From contig CAYZYT010000013.1 in NCBI GenBank assembly GCA_964482725.1, forward strand, positions 1,465 through 65,464: 64,000 bases of DNA, written 5' to 3'. Numbering within the stretch: position 1 is the first letter of the stretch; each line of letters starts with the position of its first letter. The position numbers and the translations under genes are program-made. A model generated the notes under the pieces. It was not told the origin of the DNA and ran no database searches. It saw only the letters and a program-made list of their open reading frames with translations. The DNA comes from an uncultured bacterium (lineage in GTDB: Bacteria > Omnitrophota > Omnitrophia > Omnitrophales > Aquincolibacteriaceae). Below are positions 47,726-60,440 of the stretch, piece after piece.

Positions 47726-48865
47726 ATGGATATCCGAACAAAAGCCGTGTTCACAGGCACCGCCAAAGACGCTCAATATAATTCCGTCATCACGCCCATC
47801 TACCCGACATCCACGTTCCGCTTTGAAGAGCTGGGAAAACACAAGGGTTACGATTACACCCGGAGCGGCAACCCGACACGTGCAGCTTTAGAAGAGAACC
47901 TTGCTGCCCTGGAAGGTGGCCTTGGGGCCGCGGCCACAGCGACCGGCATGGCCGCCATCACAACCGTCCTCTTCCTTCTGGAACCGGGAGATCACGTGGT
48001 CACGGGCAATGATATTTACGGAGGCACTTATCGCCTCTTCAAAGATGTTTTTTCTAAGCGCGGGATCTCGTTCTCATTCATCAACATGATGGACCTTGGC
48101 GCGGTGAAAAAGGCCCTACGGCCGAGCACCCGCATGATCTGGATTGAAACTCCGTCAAATCCCCTGCTCCACATCGTTGATCTTGGAGCCGTGATCGCCC
48201 TGGCTAAAAAGAAAAAACTCCTGACCGTTGTGGACAACACATTTCTCTCCCCGTACTTTCAGCGACCGTTTGAGTCTGGCGCGGATATTGTCGTCCATTC
48301 CACCACTAAATATCTGAACGGACACAGCGATGTGGTCGGCGGCGCGGTCGTTTATAATGATAAAGCGCTCGGAGAAAAGATCCGCTATTTCGTGAATGCC
48401 CTAGGCGTAAGCGAAGCGCCTTTCGATGCCTGGCTCGTCCTTCGCGGGATCAAGACACTGCCCTATCGCATGGAAGCTCATCAGAAGAACGCCCTGAAGA
48501 TCGCATCGTTCCTCGAAGGCCATCCTTGTGTCAAACAGGTCTATTACACGGGCCTGGAAAGTCATCCGCAACAAGCCCTGATAAAAAAACAGATGAAGGG
48601 ATTCGGCGGCATGCTTGCCTTTGAACTGGATACCAAGAAGGTTCCGCTCAAGGGTTTCTTTAAAAAGATGCGACTCTTTCAGCTGGCGGAATCGCTGGGC
48701 GGCGTGGAATCACTGATCGAGCATCCGTGGAGCATGAGCCATGCCTCCATGGGACCCGACGGCCTAAAAGCTTCGGGGATTACAAAGGAAACCATCCGGA
48801 TTTCATCAGGCATTGAAAGTGCGGACGACCTGATCGAAGATTTAAAACGGGCCTTACAAAAGTAG
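47726..48865 (+). CDS. metB: PLP-dependent cystathionine gamma-synthase / O-succinylhomoserine (thiol)-lyase family enzyme
   Basis: 379 aa; Cys/Met-metabolism PLP fold, lysine motif HSTTKYLNGHSDVVGG. Confidence 0.8.
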   Translation: MDIRTKAVFTGTAKDAQYNSVITPIYPTSTFRFEELGKHKGYDYTRSGNPTRAALEENLAALEGGLGAAATATGMAAITTVLFLLEPGDHVVTGNDIYGGTYRLFKDVFSKRGISFSFINMMDLGAVKKALRPSTRMIWIETPSNPLLHIVDLGAVIALAKKKKLLTVVDNTFLSPYFQRPFESGADIVVHSTTKYLNGHSDVVGGAVVYNDKALGEKIRYFVNALGVSEAPFDAWLVLRGIKTLPYRMEAHQKNALKIASFLEGHPCVKQVYYTGLESHPQQALIKKQMKGFGGMLAFELDTKKVPLKGFFKKMRLFQLAESLGGVESLIEHPWSMSHASMGPDGLKASGITKETIRISSGIESADDLIEDLKRALQK

Positions 48866-48920
48866 TCGGCTCAAAGATGCAAAAGGATAGGGGCTGTTTA
48901 GAAAAAGCCTTTGTCTTTTT

Positions 48921-49514
48921 TTATTTCGTGATGACGAAGATGGCGTTCTGGGCGAAGAGATTGGGAAGGACGCGGATCTGTCCCTGAGAGTCGAGAAAAT
49001 GCGAGGAAAGAATTTTATAGCCTTTCGCTGAACAAAAAGATCTGAAATCCTTGATGGAGAGAAAACGCAGGTTCGGCGTACTGTACCATTCGTAAGGAAG
49101 CGAGGAAACGATAGGCGCCCGGCCCCCGAAGAACATCCGGATACGCGCTTCGAGATGCGCAAAATTAGGGAAACCGATAATGACCTTTTTTCCCACGCGG
49201 AGCGACTCTGAAATAACGGTCTCCACCTTTTTTACTTCCTGCAAACTTTGGTTCAGGATCACGTAATCAAACGACTGATCAGGATAGTACGGAAGCCCGC
49301 TGTCGATATCGCTGTGAAAAACGCTTAAGCCCTTTTCGACGCAGGCGGGAATGGCATCGTTATTAAGCTCAACACCTTGCGCCTTCGCCCCCCGCCGCTC
49401 CGCAAGCAGCTGGATCAGATCTCCGTTCCCGCAGCCAAGATCCAACACCTTAGAGCCCGGCTCCACGATATCGCAGATCACTTGATGGTCAAACCGCTTG
49501 ATAGTCGATTTCAT
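48921..49514 (-). CDS. metW: Methionine biosynthesis protein MetW
   Basis: 197 aa; VLDLGCGNGDL methyltransferase-like fold; adjacent to metX. Confidence 0.85.
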   Translation of the reverse strand: MKSTIKRFDHQVICDIVEPGSKVLDLGCGNGDLIQLLAERRGAKAQGVELNNDAIPACVEKGLSVFHSDIDSGLPYYPDQSFDYVILNQSLQEVKKVETVISESLRVGKKVIIGFPNFAHLEARIRMFFGGRAPIVSSLPYEWYSTPNLRFLSIKDFRSFCSAKGYKILSSHFLDSQGQIRVLPNLFAQNAIFVITK

Positions 49515-49634
49515 AGATGGAGATGTTATTCCCCCAGAATGATTTTTTCAAGGAAAAGAAAACCGTCCAGGGCTGAAAAAGCTTAAGAAACTAAAAAGGC
49601 CTAAGAGGCTGAAAGCTTTTTTGGCCTTTTCCGC

Positions 49635-50753
49635 CTATTTCCTCTTGGCGAGGAAGTGCTTGATAAGATGCGACTGTTTCTCGGCTTCGCTTTCGATCAG
49701 GAAGGTATCATGACCATAGGTAGAGTCCGTTTCGCAGTAGGTCGCGTCCACACGCCGCATCTGAAGCTGCTTAACCATGTCCTGCGATTGGACAGACGGA
49801 TAGAGCCAATCGGACTTGAAAGCGATCACGAGAAAGCGCGTGCCCGGAAGACCCTGCTCGGGGATCCATTTACTGTCGGAGAGATCAAAATAATCCATCG
49901 CCTTGGTGATATAGAGATACGTGTTCGCGTCAAAGCGCTTCGTGAAACTCATCCCGCGGTATTGGAGATAGCCCTCCACCTCAAAATCTGCGGAAAATTT
50001 GAAGCCCGTGTGATCATCCTTAAGACGCCGCGAGAACTTTTTCTCCATCGAGTCGTTGCTCATGTAGGTGATGTGCCCCAGCATCCTGGCCACCGCCAGA
50101 CCTTTTTCCGGAAAGATCCCGCTATAATAATTGCCGCCGTTCCACGCAGGGTCGGCCATGATCGCCTGCCGGCCGACCTCATTAAAAGCGATCTGCTGCG
50201 GGGAATGCTTGAGCGTCGCGGCGATCGGAATGACGCATTCCACAGAATCCGGAAAAGACGCAACCCACTGAAGCGCCAACATCCCGCCCATGGAACCCCC
50301 GATCACCCCCTGAAGCTTTCTGATCCCAAGATGATCGATCAGGATCTTCTGCGTGCGGACCATATCGCCGATCGTGATAAGCGGAAAATCCAGCGCATAC
50401 GGTTTGCCTGTTTTGGGATTGATCGACGACGGGCCGGTACTTCCTTTACAGCCGCCGAGCACATTGATGCAAATGACAAAATACTTGTCCGTATCAAGTG
50501 CTTTTCCCGGCCCCACCATGAAACCCCACCATGCGGGATCCTGATCCCCCGTGACGGGACCCGCAACGTGCGCATTCCCGGAAAAAGCGTGCATGACAAG
50601 AATGGCGTTGGACTTATCCGCATTCAGCTCGCCATAAGTTTCATACGCAAGCGTGATGGGGCCGAACGTCTTCCCAGACTCGAGTTTAAACTCGTGGGAA
50701 GGCTCAGCGAAGGTAAAATATTTCGTCTCTGTAGTGCCTATGTCTTTTTTCAT
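49635..50753 (-). CDS. metX: Homoserine O-acetyltransferase
   Basis: 372 aa; alpha/beta hydrolase, VIGGSMGGMLALQW (nucleophile elbow). Confidence 0.9.
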   Translation of the reverse strand: MKKDIGTTETKYFTFAEPSHEFKLESGKTFGPITLAYETYGELNADKSNAILVMHAFSGNAHVAGPVTGDQDPAWWGFMVGPGKALDTDKYFVICINVLGGCKGSTGPSSINPKTGKPYALDFPLITIGDMVRTQKILIDHLGIRKLQGVIGGSMGGMLALQWVASFPDSVECVIPIAATLKHSPQQIAFNEVGRQAIMADPAWNGGNYYSGIFPEKGLAVARMLGHITYMSNDSMEKKFSRRLKDDHTGFKFSADFEVEGYLQYRGMSFTKRFDANTYLYITKAMDYFDLSDSKWIPEQGLPGTRFLVIAFKSDWLYPSVQSQDMVKQLQMRRVDATYCETDSTYGHDTFLIESEAEKQSHLIKHFLAKRK

Positions 50754-50848
50754 TCCAAGAACCTCTTCGTCTTTAATAATCCCTTAGAAATAGGGTCCCA
50801 ACTACCCCTTTTATAAAATAATTTAAAGTTGCGATGGGGCGAATTATA

Positions 50849-51655
50849 TCACCGTTTCCCAGGCCGCTCCAAAACTTTCCCTCGAAGCCTCACGACATCC
50901 CCAACGACAAAAATCGCCGGTGCCACCAGCTTGGCGGCTCGGGCTTTTTTCACAATATCACGCAAGGTCCCAACAATCACACGTTCCTTGGGCGTGGATC
51001 CATTTTCAATGGCCGCGCACGGAGTTCCTCCGCTTCGCTTCTTCAAGATCTGCCTCACGGTCTTATCAAGATCGGAGACGCACATGACATAAACCAAAGT
51101 GTCGACATTAGGAACCGGGATGGGATCATTATCTTCCGTCACGTGTCCCGACGCGACCGCCAGGGTCATGGCAAGATAACGCTGCGTCAACGGGATCCCG
51201 GCTAAGGCTGGCACAGCAAAAACAGAGCTCACCCCAGGCACCACCTCGACATCGACGCCACGCCCCCTCAGGAAAAGGATCTCCTCTCCCCCGCGACCGA
51301 AGACATACGGATCGCCGCCTTTAAGCCGCGCGACTTTGTTTCCTTTCAAGGCTTCCTGAAACAAGAGTTCATTAATGGCGTCCTGGGAGAGCGAGTGGGC
51401 CCCATGTTTCTTGCCGACCGAAATGAGACGAGTAGAGCGTTTTAATTTTTGGAGTAACGCATGCGGCACTAGGTGATCATAAAGCACCACGTCCGCAGCT
51501 TTGAGAAGTTCCAGGCCCTTCACCGTGATGAGCCCCGGATCCCCGGGCCCCGCGCCGATAAGAAAAACTTTTCCGGACTTACCGCGAGTTTTCTTGTTTG
51601 TCATCGGTTGGATTGGAAAAGTTCCGTCATGGCCGGAAGATCGAAACGTTCGCAA
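50849..51655 (-). CDS. cobA: Uroporphyrinogen-III C-methyltransferase (siroheme branch)
   Basis: GKVFLIGAGPGDPGLITVKGLELLKAADVVLYDHLV. Confidence 0.85.
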   Translation of the reverse strand: MRTFRSSGHDGTFPIQPMTNKKTRGKSGKVFLIGAGPGDPGLITVKGLELLKAADVVLYDHLVPHALLQKLKRSTRLISVGKKHGAHSLSQDAINELLFQEALKGNKVARLKGGDPYVFGRGGEEILFLRGRGVDVEVVPGVSSVFAVPALAGIPLTQRYLAMTLAVASGHVTEDNDPIPVPNVDTLVYVMCVSDLDKTVRQILKKRSGGTPCAAIENGSTPKERVIVGTLRDIVKKARAAKLVAPAIFVVGDVVRLRGKVLERPGKR

Positions 51656-53166
51656 AAGGCGCTGAAACTTTCTCTCCTCATCCGTTTCTCAAGATAGACA
51701 CGAACCATCTTTTCGAGAAGCGCCGGAACCTCTTCGGCAGGAACGGATTGGAAGATCGTTCGGCCACACACTCCCGGCCCGCCCCCGATGGCAACGTGGA
51801 AAGCATCGCGGCGCGCACCCTCCACTACTTTTGACGCGCCCATCAACCCGATATCGGCAAGCTGGTACTGGCCGCAGGAATTCGGGCATCCCGTCACGTG
51901 GATCTTGAGCGTTTCCCGAAAATCCGGAAAAGCCTTCGTCAAATGTCCGATCAGATTCTTTGAAAAAACTTTGACTTCCACGAGCGCCAGATTACAGAAT
52001 TCCCGGCCCGTGCAGACCACAAGTGAACGGTAAAGGCCGTTCGCACCAAGATCGAAGCCTTTCGCAGCGAGCTCCTGTTTCAAAGGCTCGAGATTCTTCT
52101 CGGGGATATTGCTCAATAGAATATTTTGCCGGTTCGTGGTGCGGAGTTCTCCGCTACCGTATTTCTCGCTGAGATCCGCCAATTCCAAAAGCTGCCCCGC
52201 CTGAAGCCGTCCCGCCAGGACCGCGAGCCCTACGGCATAAAGCCCTTTTTGCTTTTGGGGGATCACGCCCCAGAAATGCTCCCTTTCATCCTGGACCGCC
52301 GGGACTTTTCCGTATCGCTCGAATGAATGCCCCGCCCGCTTCTCCATTTCCTGAAGAAATTTTTCTGCGCCCCATGATTCCACAAGAAATTTCATGCGAG
52401 CTTCGCGCCGGTTCCCTCGGTTTCCGAGGTCATGAAAGATCCCTATCGCTGCCATGACCGCGGAAATAATATCCTCACGCTTCAAGGCGACCGGGAGAGG
52501 TTGCGCAAACAAGGGGTGGGAGGAAAGTCCACCGCCGACCCGGATCGCAAAAGCCGGGATTTTCTTAGCCTCATCCTTCCAAAAGCCATAAACTCCGACG
52601 TCATTGATCTCAGGCTGTGCCGCATTCCTCAAGCTACCGGTGATGGAAATCTTGAATTTTCTCGGCAGATTCGCAAGGCTTGAGTCGCGGATCAGTCGCT
52701 CGTGCAGAGCTTCGATAATGTCCTGAAGGTCATCTATCTCGTCGGTTTCAAGGCCCGCAAGCGGCGAGCTTGTGATATTGCGCGTTACATCGCCGCAGGC
52801 TCCTCGCGTCGTGATCCCCACGGCTTCAAATCTTTCGAGGACCTCGGGAACTTTTTCGATCGTAAGCCAATGGAATTGAAAATTTTGGCGCGTGGTAATG
52901 TCCGTGATCCCGCGGCCATAGTCTCTTGCGACTTCCGCCACCACACGCAGCTGCGCCGCGTTCAAGCGCCCCCCCGGAAGTTTCAGCCGCAACATGAAGT
53001 AAGGATCTGTCTTGGGTCGCTGCTGGTAGATGCCGAACCAGCGAAAACGCAGAAAATCCTCAGGAGCTATCGAAGCAAATCCCTCACGGGACGCCCGGAC
53101 AAGATTGTCCCAAGCATCAAAGGGATGTTGATCCGCTTTGATCTGTTCTTCCCGGATCAGAGCCAT
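51601..53166 (-). CDS. Ferredoxin-dependent sulfite (or nitrite) reductase, siroheme/[4Fe-4S] hemoprotein
   Basis: 521 aa; siroheme-binding Cys motifs CTGREFCNLALVE and CPNSCGQ; duplicated NiR/SiR fold. Confidence 0.8.
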   Translation of the reverse strand: MALIREEQIKADQHPFDAWDNLVRASREGFASIAPEDFLRFRWFGIYQQRPKTDPYFMLRLKLPGGRLNAAQLRVVAEVARDYGRGITDITTRQNFQFHWLTIEKVPEVLERFEAVGITTRGACGDVTRNITSSPLAGLETDEIDDLQDIIEALHERLIRDSSLANLPRKFKISITGSLRNAAQPEINDVGVYGFWKDEAKKIPAFAIRVGGGLSSHPLFAQPLPVALKREDIISAVMAAIGIFHDLGNRGNRREARMKFLVESWGAEKFLQEMEKRAGHSFERYGKVPAVQDEREHFWGVIPQKQKGLYAVGLAVLAGRLQAGQLLELADLSEKYGSGELRTTNRQNILLSNIPEKNLEPLKQELAAKGFDLGANGLYRSLVVCTGREFCNLALVEVKVFSKNLIGHLTKAFPDFRETLKIHVTGCPNSCGQYQLADIGLMGASKVVEGARRDAFHVAIGGGPGVCGRTIFQSVPAEEVPALLEKMVRVYLEKRMRRESFSAFCERFDLPAMTELFQSNR

Positions 53167-53305
53167 CGAATAGATCTCCTTTACCCCGTTAGAGATAGGA
53201 AGCGCTTATCAAAGCGCTTCCGTAAACTCAACATATTCTTTTTAAAATCGTCCTCGCCATAAATCAAATAACAACGAATTGCTTTACATTGATCTCTAAC
53301 GGGGC

Positions 53306-55096
53306 TTAAAGATAATATTCTAGAATGATCTCTTTTTTCTTGAGAAAGGCGCCGATCTTCTCGACCGCCGCTTCCAAAGATTCATTTTCTTCTAAAACAA
53401 AAGACGGTTTAAACCCGGAAAACGTGTTGGGCCCCACCTGAATCACCAAAACCTCATTCGGACTATTCAAGATTCGGAGGGTTTCGATATCAAAATCATC
53501 CAGGTCCGATGCAGTGGTAATAAAAACCTGCCCGGATTCGGCAATGATCCTGCCGAGCTCCCCAAGATGCCGAACGATCTCTTCCTGGGAATCAACTCCT
53601 TGAGACAATTCGCTATCGAGGCCGGAAACAAGATTTGAAATGCCGAGGTAGAAAGCCTTCACTCCTTGCTTCAGGAGACGCGCCTCAAGCTCCCGTGCGA
53701 TCTTTTGCTTGCCGGTATTGACCTTGCCGGAGATGAGAATGAATGCCGGCCGGTGACCATAGATTGCTCCTCTTTCCGCAGAACTAACGCCGCTCCGCTC
53801 CCAGATCTGCTCGCGATGGCGAACATGGTCTTTTAGGATCGACCGGTCCTCCGGAAGCGCCTCCAAAACGATCCCGGCGCCTGCGATCTCATAGTTATCC
53901 ACGATCACGAAACGGCCTGTCTCACGAAGATCGCCCGCCTTATCGAAGGCAAGAGGTTTACCCGTTTCAAAAACGCACTCCGCAACATCATGCCGATCCA
54001 CTTGCGCCTTGTTGGCGATCGAAGTCAGCTCCGAGCTGTCCAGCACACTCAGGACTTCGACAAGTCGAACTGAAGGACGGCTCGCGCCGAGTTTTAATTT
54101 ATATTTTTTCCCTTTCACAAGCGGTGCATGGCCCATCCAAAAAATATTCGCCTTAAAACGCGTGCTCACGGACGGCAGAGGATCCGATGTTTTCACCATC
54201 AGCTCGCCCGGCTTGATATAAAGTTGGGTTTCAGTCGTAAAACCGATCGCTTCCCCGGCGGAGGCTTCTTGCTTCGACAGCGCATTGAACTCTTCGATCG
54301 TTTTAATCCGCGTTCTTTTTTTTGAGGGAAGGAACACCACTTCATCCCCGACCCGGATCGTTCCTGTAGCAATCGTCCCGGCCATGATGCGCCGGTCATC
54401 GGCGAGCTCTGTGAATTTGTAAATATCCTGCACCGGAAAACGGAAGGGATACGCTTCGCTCGTGGTTTCATGATGAAAAGAATCCAGCTGCCCCAACACC
54501 GAAAGCCCGGCATACCACGGCATTTCCGGCGACTTGGCGATCATGTTCACACCGTTCATCGCGCTCATTGGAATGAAAGCGCTCGGTTGAATGCTGAACC
54601 CTTTCAGGAAATCACCGTATTCTTTTTCGATCGCCCGGAAAACCTGTTCGCTGTAATCCACGAGATCCATCTTGTTCACAAGCACTGCCACTTGCCGGAT
54701 CCCGAGCATGGAAAGCAGGTAACCGTGTCGCTTGGAATTCTCGAGAATGCCTTCCTTCGCATCGATCACGAGGAGTGCGGCTTCGGCCCGGGACGCACCC
54801 GTGATCATGTTCTTCAAAAATTCAATATGACCCGGAGCATCGATCACGATGTATTCGCGCTTCTTCGTGTGAAAGAAGCAGCGCGCGGCATCGATCGTGA
54901 TCCCCTGCGACTGCTCATCCTTAAGAGCGTCGAGAAGAAACGCGTATTCGAAAGGTTTCGCGTTCTTCGCGCAGGTCGCTTTGACCTGTTCGAGTTTCCC
55001 TTCCGGCAACGATCCCGTATCGGCCAAGAGCCGGCCAATGACGGTGCTTTTGCCGTGGTCCACATGCCCGACGATCACAATGTTCATTCTGTCCAT
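53306..55096 (-). CDS. cysN: Sulfate adenylyltransferase subunit 1 (CysN GTPase) fused to an APS-kinase-like (CysC) domain with degenerate P-loop
   Basis: N-terminal [28 protein letters not shown] (CysN). C-terminal ~170 aa APS-kinase-like domain with non-canonical P-loop [10 protein letters not shown]. Confidence 0.8.
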   Translation of the reverse strand: MDRMNIVIVGHVDHGKSTVIGRLLADTGSLPEGKLEQVKATCAKNAKPFEYAFLLDALKDEQSQGITIDAARCFFHTKKREYIVIDAPGHIEFLKNMITGASRAEAALLVIDAKEGILENSKRHGYLLSMLGIRQVAVLVNKMDLVDYSEQVFRAIEKEYGDFLKGFSIQPSAFIPMSAMNGVNMIAKSPEMPWYAGLSVLGQLDSFHHETTSEAYPFRFPVQDIYKFTELADDRRIMAGTIATGTIRVGDEVVFLPSKKRTRIKTIEEFNALSKQEASAGEAIGFTTETQLYIKPGELMVKTSDPLPSVSTRFKANIFWMGHAPLVKGKKYKLKLGASRPSVRLVEVLSVLDSSELTSIANKAQVDRHDVAECVFETGKPLAFDKAGDLRETGRFVIVDNYEIAGAGIVLEALPEDRSILKDHVRHREQIWERSGVSSAERGAIYGHRPAFILISGKVNTGKQKIARELEARLLKQGVKAFYLGISNLVSGLDSELSQGVDSQEEIVRHLGELGRIIAESGQVFITTASDLDDFDIETLRILNSPNEVLVIQVGPNTFSGFKPSFVLEENESLEAAVEKIGAFLKKKEIILEYYL

Positions 55097-55097
55097 A

Positions 55098-55979
55098 TCA
55101 CATGTACCCTTCGCGGCGAAGCGTCTCTAGCCCGCCGCCGTCTTCTTTGTCCTGGGCCCGGCCGGAACGCTCCGCGATGTTCGAAAATTTTCCGGTTTTG
55201 AGCTCTTCGATGATCTCTTTCACGTTCCGCGCATCCGACTTCACCGAGCCCGTGCAGGGATAGCAGCCAAGCGAGCGATAGCGAAGCCCCTTCCCGTTAT
55301 TGAAATAAAGCGGGATGATCGGGATATTCTCCCGGTCAATGTATTCCCAAATATTGAGCTCGGTCCAATCCAGGAGCGGATGAACCCGGACATGGGTCCC
55401 GGGCGCGAAATCGGTCTTGTACTGGCTCCAGAGCTCCGGCGGCTGATCACCAATATTCCAATCGCTTTGCTTATCGCGCGGAGAAAAATAGCGTTCCTTC
55501 GAGCGGCTCCCTTCTTCATCCGCGCGAACCCCCACGATCACGCCGGTATAAGGCTGCGGGTTCTTTTCTTGGACATATTTCCCAAGCTTGTGATCGAACG
55601 CGTAACGCGGCCACTCCCCTGACAGCGTGTGCTTAAGCGCCTCGCTTTTCAAAGATTTGCAGCAAGTCAGGCGGTCGACTTTCCCGTCCGGAAAGGTCTG
55701 CTTCGCCGCAAGCGCCTGGGCATTCTCGCCGTACAAAAGATTGAGATGCCAATCCGCTGCAAGTTTGTCGCGATAGGCGATCATTTCCGGGATCTTATAA
55801 TGCGTGTCGATATGGAGGAGCGGGAGCGGCACATGACCGAAGAATGCCTTTCGGGCCAGCCAGAGCAGAACCGTGCTGTCTTTGCCGATCGACCAAAGCA
55901 TGACAAGGCTTTTGAATTCCTTGTACGCTTCGCGCAGAATATGAATGCTCTGCGCTTCGAGTTTTCTTAAAGTGTCCAT
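55098..55979 (-). CDS. cysD: Sulfate adenylyltransferase subunit 2
   Basis: 293 aa; PAPS-reductase-like ATP-PPase fold ([12 protein letters not shown]). Confidence 0.9.
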   Translation of the reverse strand: MDTLRKLEAQSIHILREAYKEFKSLVMLWSIGKDSTVLLWLARKAFFGHVPLPLLHIDTHYKIPEMIAYRDKLAADWHLNLLYGENAQALAAKQTFPDGKVDRLTCCKSLKSEALKHTLSGEWPRYAFDHKLGKYVQEKNPQPYTGVIVGVRADEEGSRSKERYFSPRDKQSDWNIGDQPPELWSQYKTDFAPGTHVRVHPLLDWTELNIWEYIDRENIPIIPLYFNNGKGLRYRSLGCYPCTGSVKSDARNVKEIIEELKTGKFSNIAERSGRAQDKEDGGGLETLRREGYM

Positions 55980-56707
55980 TACGAACCTTTCTTCACGGCC
56001 TTGCCATCCTTAAAATGTAAGCCACATTCTTTTTTATCCGGGCTCTCCCACCACCACCGCCCGGCACGAATATCTTCACCCGGCTTTACCGCTCGCGTGC
56101 ACGGAGCGCAACCGATGCTCGGATATCCCTGATCATGCAATTTGTTATAAGGGACCTTGTGGGCATGAACATAATCCCACACCTGCTTTTCCGTCCAATC
56201 GATCAACGGATTGATCTTATAAAGACCGTTCGCTTCATCCCATTCGATAACATTCAGGTCTGCACGCGTCACAGATTGTTCACGACGCAGGCCGCAGATC
56301 CAGGCCTTCAGACCTTTCAGTGCGCGTTTAAGCGGCTCGACCTTCCGGACCTGGCAGCAAAGCTTCCGGTTCTCGACGCTTTCATAAAAAAGATCCAGCC
56401 CCTTCTCCGCTACCATTTTTTTAACTGCCGTGATATCCGGAGAATAAACCCGGTATTTGAAACCGTATTTTTTCTCCGTCTCCTTCACGCACTCGAGCGT
56501 TTCCTGAGGCAACCGCCCGGTGTCCAGCGTGAAAACAATCGCCTTCGGATCGATCCTGAGTAGCATATCCGTCAGAACCTGATCCTCCGCTCCAAGGCTC
56601 GACGCCAACGCGACCTGATCCACCCTGAAATGGCCGAAAGCCCATGACAAAACATCCTCGGGCCCCTTTCCCGCCAAATTTAGATTGAATGCTTTAAGAT
56701 TTTCCAT
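55979..56707 (-). CDS. cysH: Adenylyl-sulfate (APS) reductase, [4Fe-4S] type CysH
   Basis: Cys-Cys pair ([12 protein letters not shown]) and C-terminal ...CGLH motif typical of APS- rather than PAPS-reductases. Internal Met MENLKAF taken as start (track ORF to 56827). Confidence 0.8.
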   Translation of the reverse strand: MENLKAFNLNLAGKGPEDVLSWAFGHFRVDQVALASSLGAEDQVLTDMLLRIDPKAIVFTLDTGRLPQETLECVKETEKKYGFKYRVYSPDITAVKKMVAEKGLDLFYESVENRKLCCQVRKVEPLKRALKGLKAWICGLRREQSVTRADLNVIEWDEANGLYKINPLIDWTEKQVWDYVHAHKVPYNKLHDQGYPSIGCAPCTRAVKPGEDIRAGRWWWESPDKKECGLHFKDGKAVKKGS

Positions 56708-56711
56708 AGCG

Positions 56712-56933
56712 TCAGATCTGATAATCGAGCGGCTTTCGCCCCAGCTTGATTTTGTTCCACGCGCGTTCATGAAGATAATAAACCAGGATCTTGATGAACA
56801 CGTCGGCAAGCCCGATTGAGAGAGCAAATTTCAGTTGCCGGGTAATACCCCAGGAAATAAGAATGGTAGTGATAGTTCCTGTGATCCGGTACGAAACGGC
56901 TTTGACGATACTTCTCAGATGGTGGTCTATCAT
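56712..56933 (-). CDS. DUF2061-family small membrane protein
   Basis: MIDHHLRSIVKAVSYRITGTITTILISWGITRQLKFALSIGLADVFIKILVYYLHERAWNKIKLG. Confidence 0.6.
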   Translation of the reverse strand: MIDHHLRSIVKAVSYRITGTITTILISWGITRQLKFALSIGLADVFIKILVYYLHERAWNKIKLGRKPLDYQI

Positions 56934-56947
56934 TGGGTTTTCAGCAA

Positions 56948-57883
56948 TCAACCCGCAAATTCCTGAAAGAGCCAGGTCGAGAGATAGCGCTCCCCAGAAT
57001 CGCAGATCACGGTTACGATCGTTTTGCCTTTGGACTCCGGCCGTTTCGCCACTTCCAGCGCGGCCCAAACGTTCGCGCCGGCCGAGATCCCTCCCAGGAT
57101 TCCTTCCTGGCGTGCCAACTGACGGGCTACTTCTCCGGCATCCTCATGACGAACCTTGATGATCTCGTCATAAACTTTTGTGTTCAGAACACCGGGGACA
57201 AAACCGGCACCAATCCCTTGAATCTTGTGAGGCCCCGCCTTCCCGCCTGACAACACGGGAGAGTCGACCGGCTCCACGGCGATGACTTTCGCTGAGGGTT
57301 TTCTCTGCTTCAAAACTTCGCCCACCCCAGTCAGCGTACCGCCCGTCCCGACACCGGCAATAAAAACATCCACGGCTCCGTCCGTATCTTTCCAGATCTC
57401 TTCGGCCGTTGTTTTCCGGTGGATCTCCGAATTCGCGGGATTGTTGAACTGTTGGGGAATAAAACTTCCGGGGACTGTCTTGGCGATCTCCTCAGCTTTT
57501 TCGACCGCGCCTCGCATGCCCTGTGCCCCCTCGGTCAGAACCACTTCCGCGCCCAGAATCTTCAAAAGCTGGCGACGCTCGACGCTCATGGTCTCCGGCA
57601 TGGTCAGAATAAGCCGGTAACCGCGCGCTGCAGCAACAAACGCCAGAGCGATCCCTGTGTTCCCACTCGTAGGCTCCACGATGACACTGCCAGGCTTGAG
57701 CTTCCCGGCCTTTTCGGCAGCCTCGACCATAGCGACCCCAATCCTATCCTTGACGCTTGAGAGCGGATTCGATGACTCGAGCTTCACCAAGATCGTCGCG
57801 GACAATCCCTTCGCGATGCGGTTGAGACGCACAAGCGGCGTATTGCCAACCGTTTGTGTGATATCGCTGAATATTTTAGCCAT
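56948..57883 (-). CDS. cysK: Cysteine synthase (O-acetylserine sulfhydrylase)
   Basis: 311 aa; PLP-lysine motif [23 protein letters not shown] loop. Confidence 0.9.
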   Translation of the reverse strand: MAKIFSDITQTVGNTPLVRLNRIAKGLSATILVKLESSNPLSSVKDRIGVAMVEAAEKAGKLKPGSVIVEPTSGNTGIALAFVAAARGYRLILTMPETMSVERRQLLKILGAEVVLTEGAQGMRGAVEKAEEIAKTVPGSFIPQQFNNPANSEIHRKTTAEEIWKDTDGAVDVFIAGVGTGGTLTGVGEVLKQRKPSAKVIAVEPVDSPVLSGGKAGPHKIQGIGAGFVPGVLNTKVYDEIIKVRHEDAGEVARQLARQEGILGGISAGANVWAALEVAKRPESKGKTIVTVICDSGERYLSTWLFQEFAG

Positions 57884-58022
57884 GGGTCATTCTCCTTTAC
57901 CCCGTTAGAGATAGGAAACGCTTCTAGCGTTTCCGTCTGTTTTTGAATAGGTGTTCCTCAGCCCTACCTTTTCCATCTTCAAATCACCACAATAAATATC
58001 ACCCCAATAATCTCTAACGGGG

Positions 58023-59887
<1,865 letters not shown>

Positions 59888-60127
59888 AGTCTAGTAACCC
59901 CATAGATTAATAGCTGTAATATAACCCACTATCAAAAATCTGTCAAATTTATTTTAAAAGTTTTTTTTGGAAAAATCAGGGCAGAGATCCCCTCGAGCTC
60001 TATATTAAAAATAACCTTTAATCTATCCATAATAGATTCCTCGGAGAAGTTCCGGCTTCCTCCCTTTCAAAAATCGCCCCCACCCGCTATTGTTACGGGC
60101 GAGAGAATAATCAAAGGAGGTGTCGCG

Positions 60128-60373
60128 ATGAGCTTCGTCAACAAACAAACCTGGGAATATCTGGTGCGGGATTTTCTGGAGATCAAATGCACATTAAAAG
60201 AACCTGAGCAGGAATTCCTTCTAGATTTTTTGAAGGACAAGGGCGTCAGGGCCGAAGAGATCCAAATGCATCCGGCCTTCTCCGTGGACGATCACTTGGT
60301 GGTCATCATGGAGGATGCGGGCTCGAAGAAACGACTCTTTTATCACCCACAGAAAAAGACGATCGAGGAATGA
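60128..60373 (+). CDS. Hypothetical small protein
   Basis: 81 aa ORF, no recognised motifs. Confidence 0.35.
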   Translation: MSFVNKQTWEYLVRDFLEIKCTLKEPEQEFLLDFLKDKGVRAEEIQMHPAFSVDDHLVVIMEDAGSKKRLFYHPQKKTIEE

Positions 60374-60382
60374 TTAAAAACA

Positions 60383-60439
60383 GGATGGCGGAAGGCGAAA
60401 AACCAAAAACGCCCTCCTCCATCCATCATCCTCCATCCG
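60383..60439. terminator. GGATGG/CCATCC-rich hairpin element, copy 3; acts as likely intrinsic terminator for the rluB-like gene
   Basis: Minus sense: ggatggaggatgatggatggaggagggcg-tttttggttttt-cgccttccgccatcc followed by TGTTTTTAAT. Confidence 0.5.
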
Positions 60440-60440
60440 G

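Noticed and set aside
49656-50816. 386-aa plus ORF antisense to metX; likewise 58047..59063 antisense to metY, 54470..55201 antisense to cysN, and 60513..61157 antisense to rluB
   Set aside because: All lie opposite well-conserved enzymes and show Arg/His-rich composition typical of antisense frames in GC-rich DNA.
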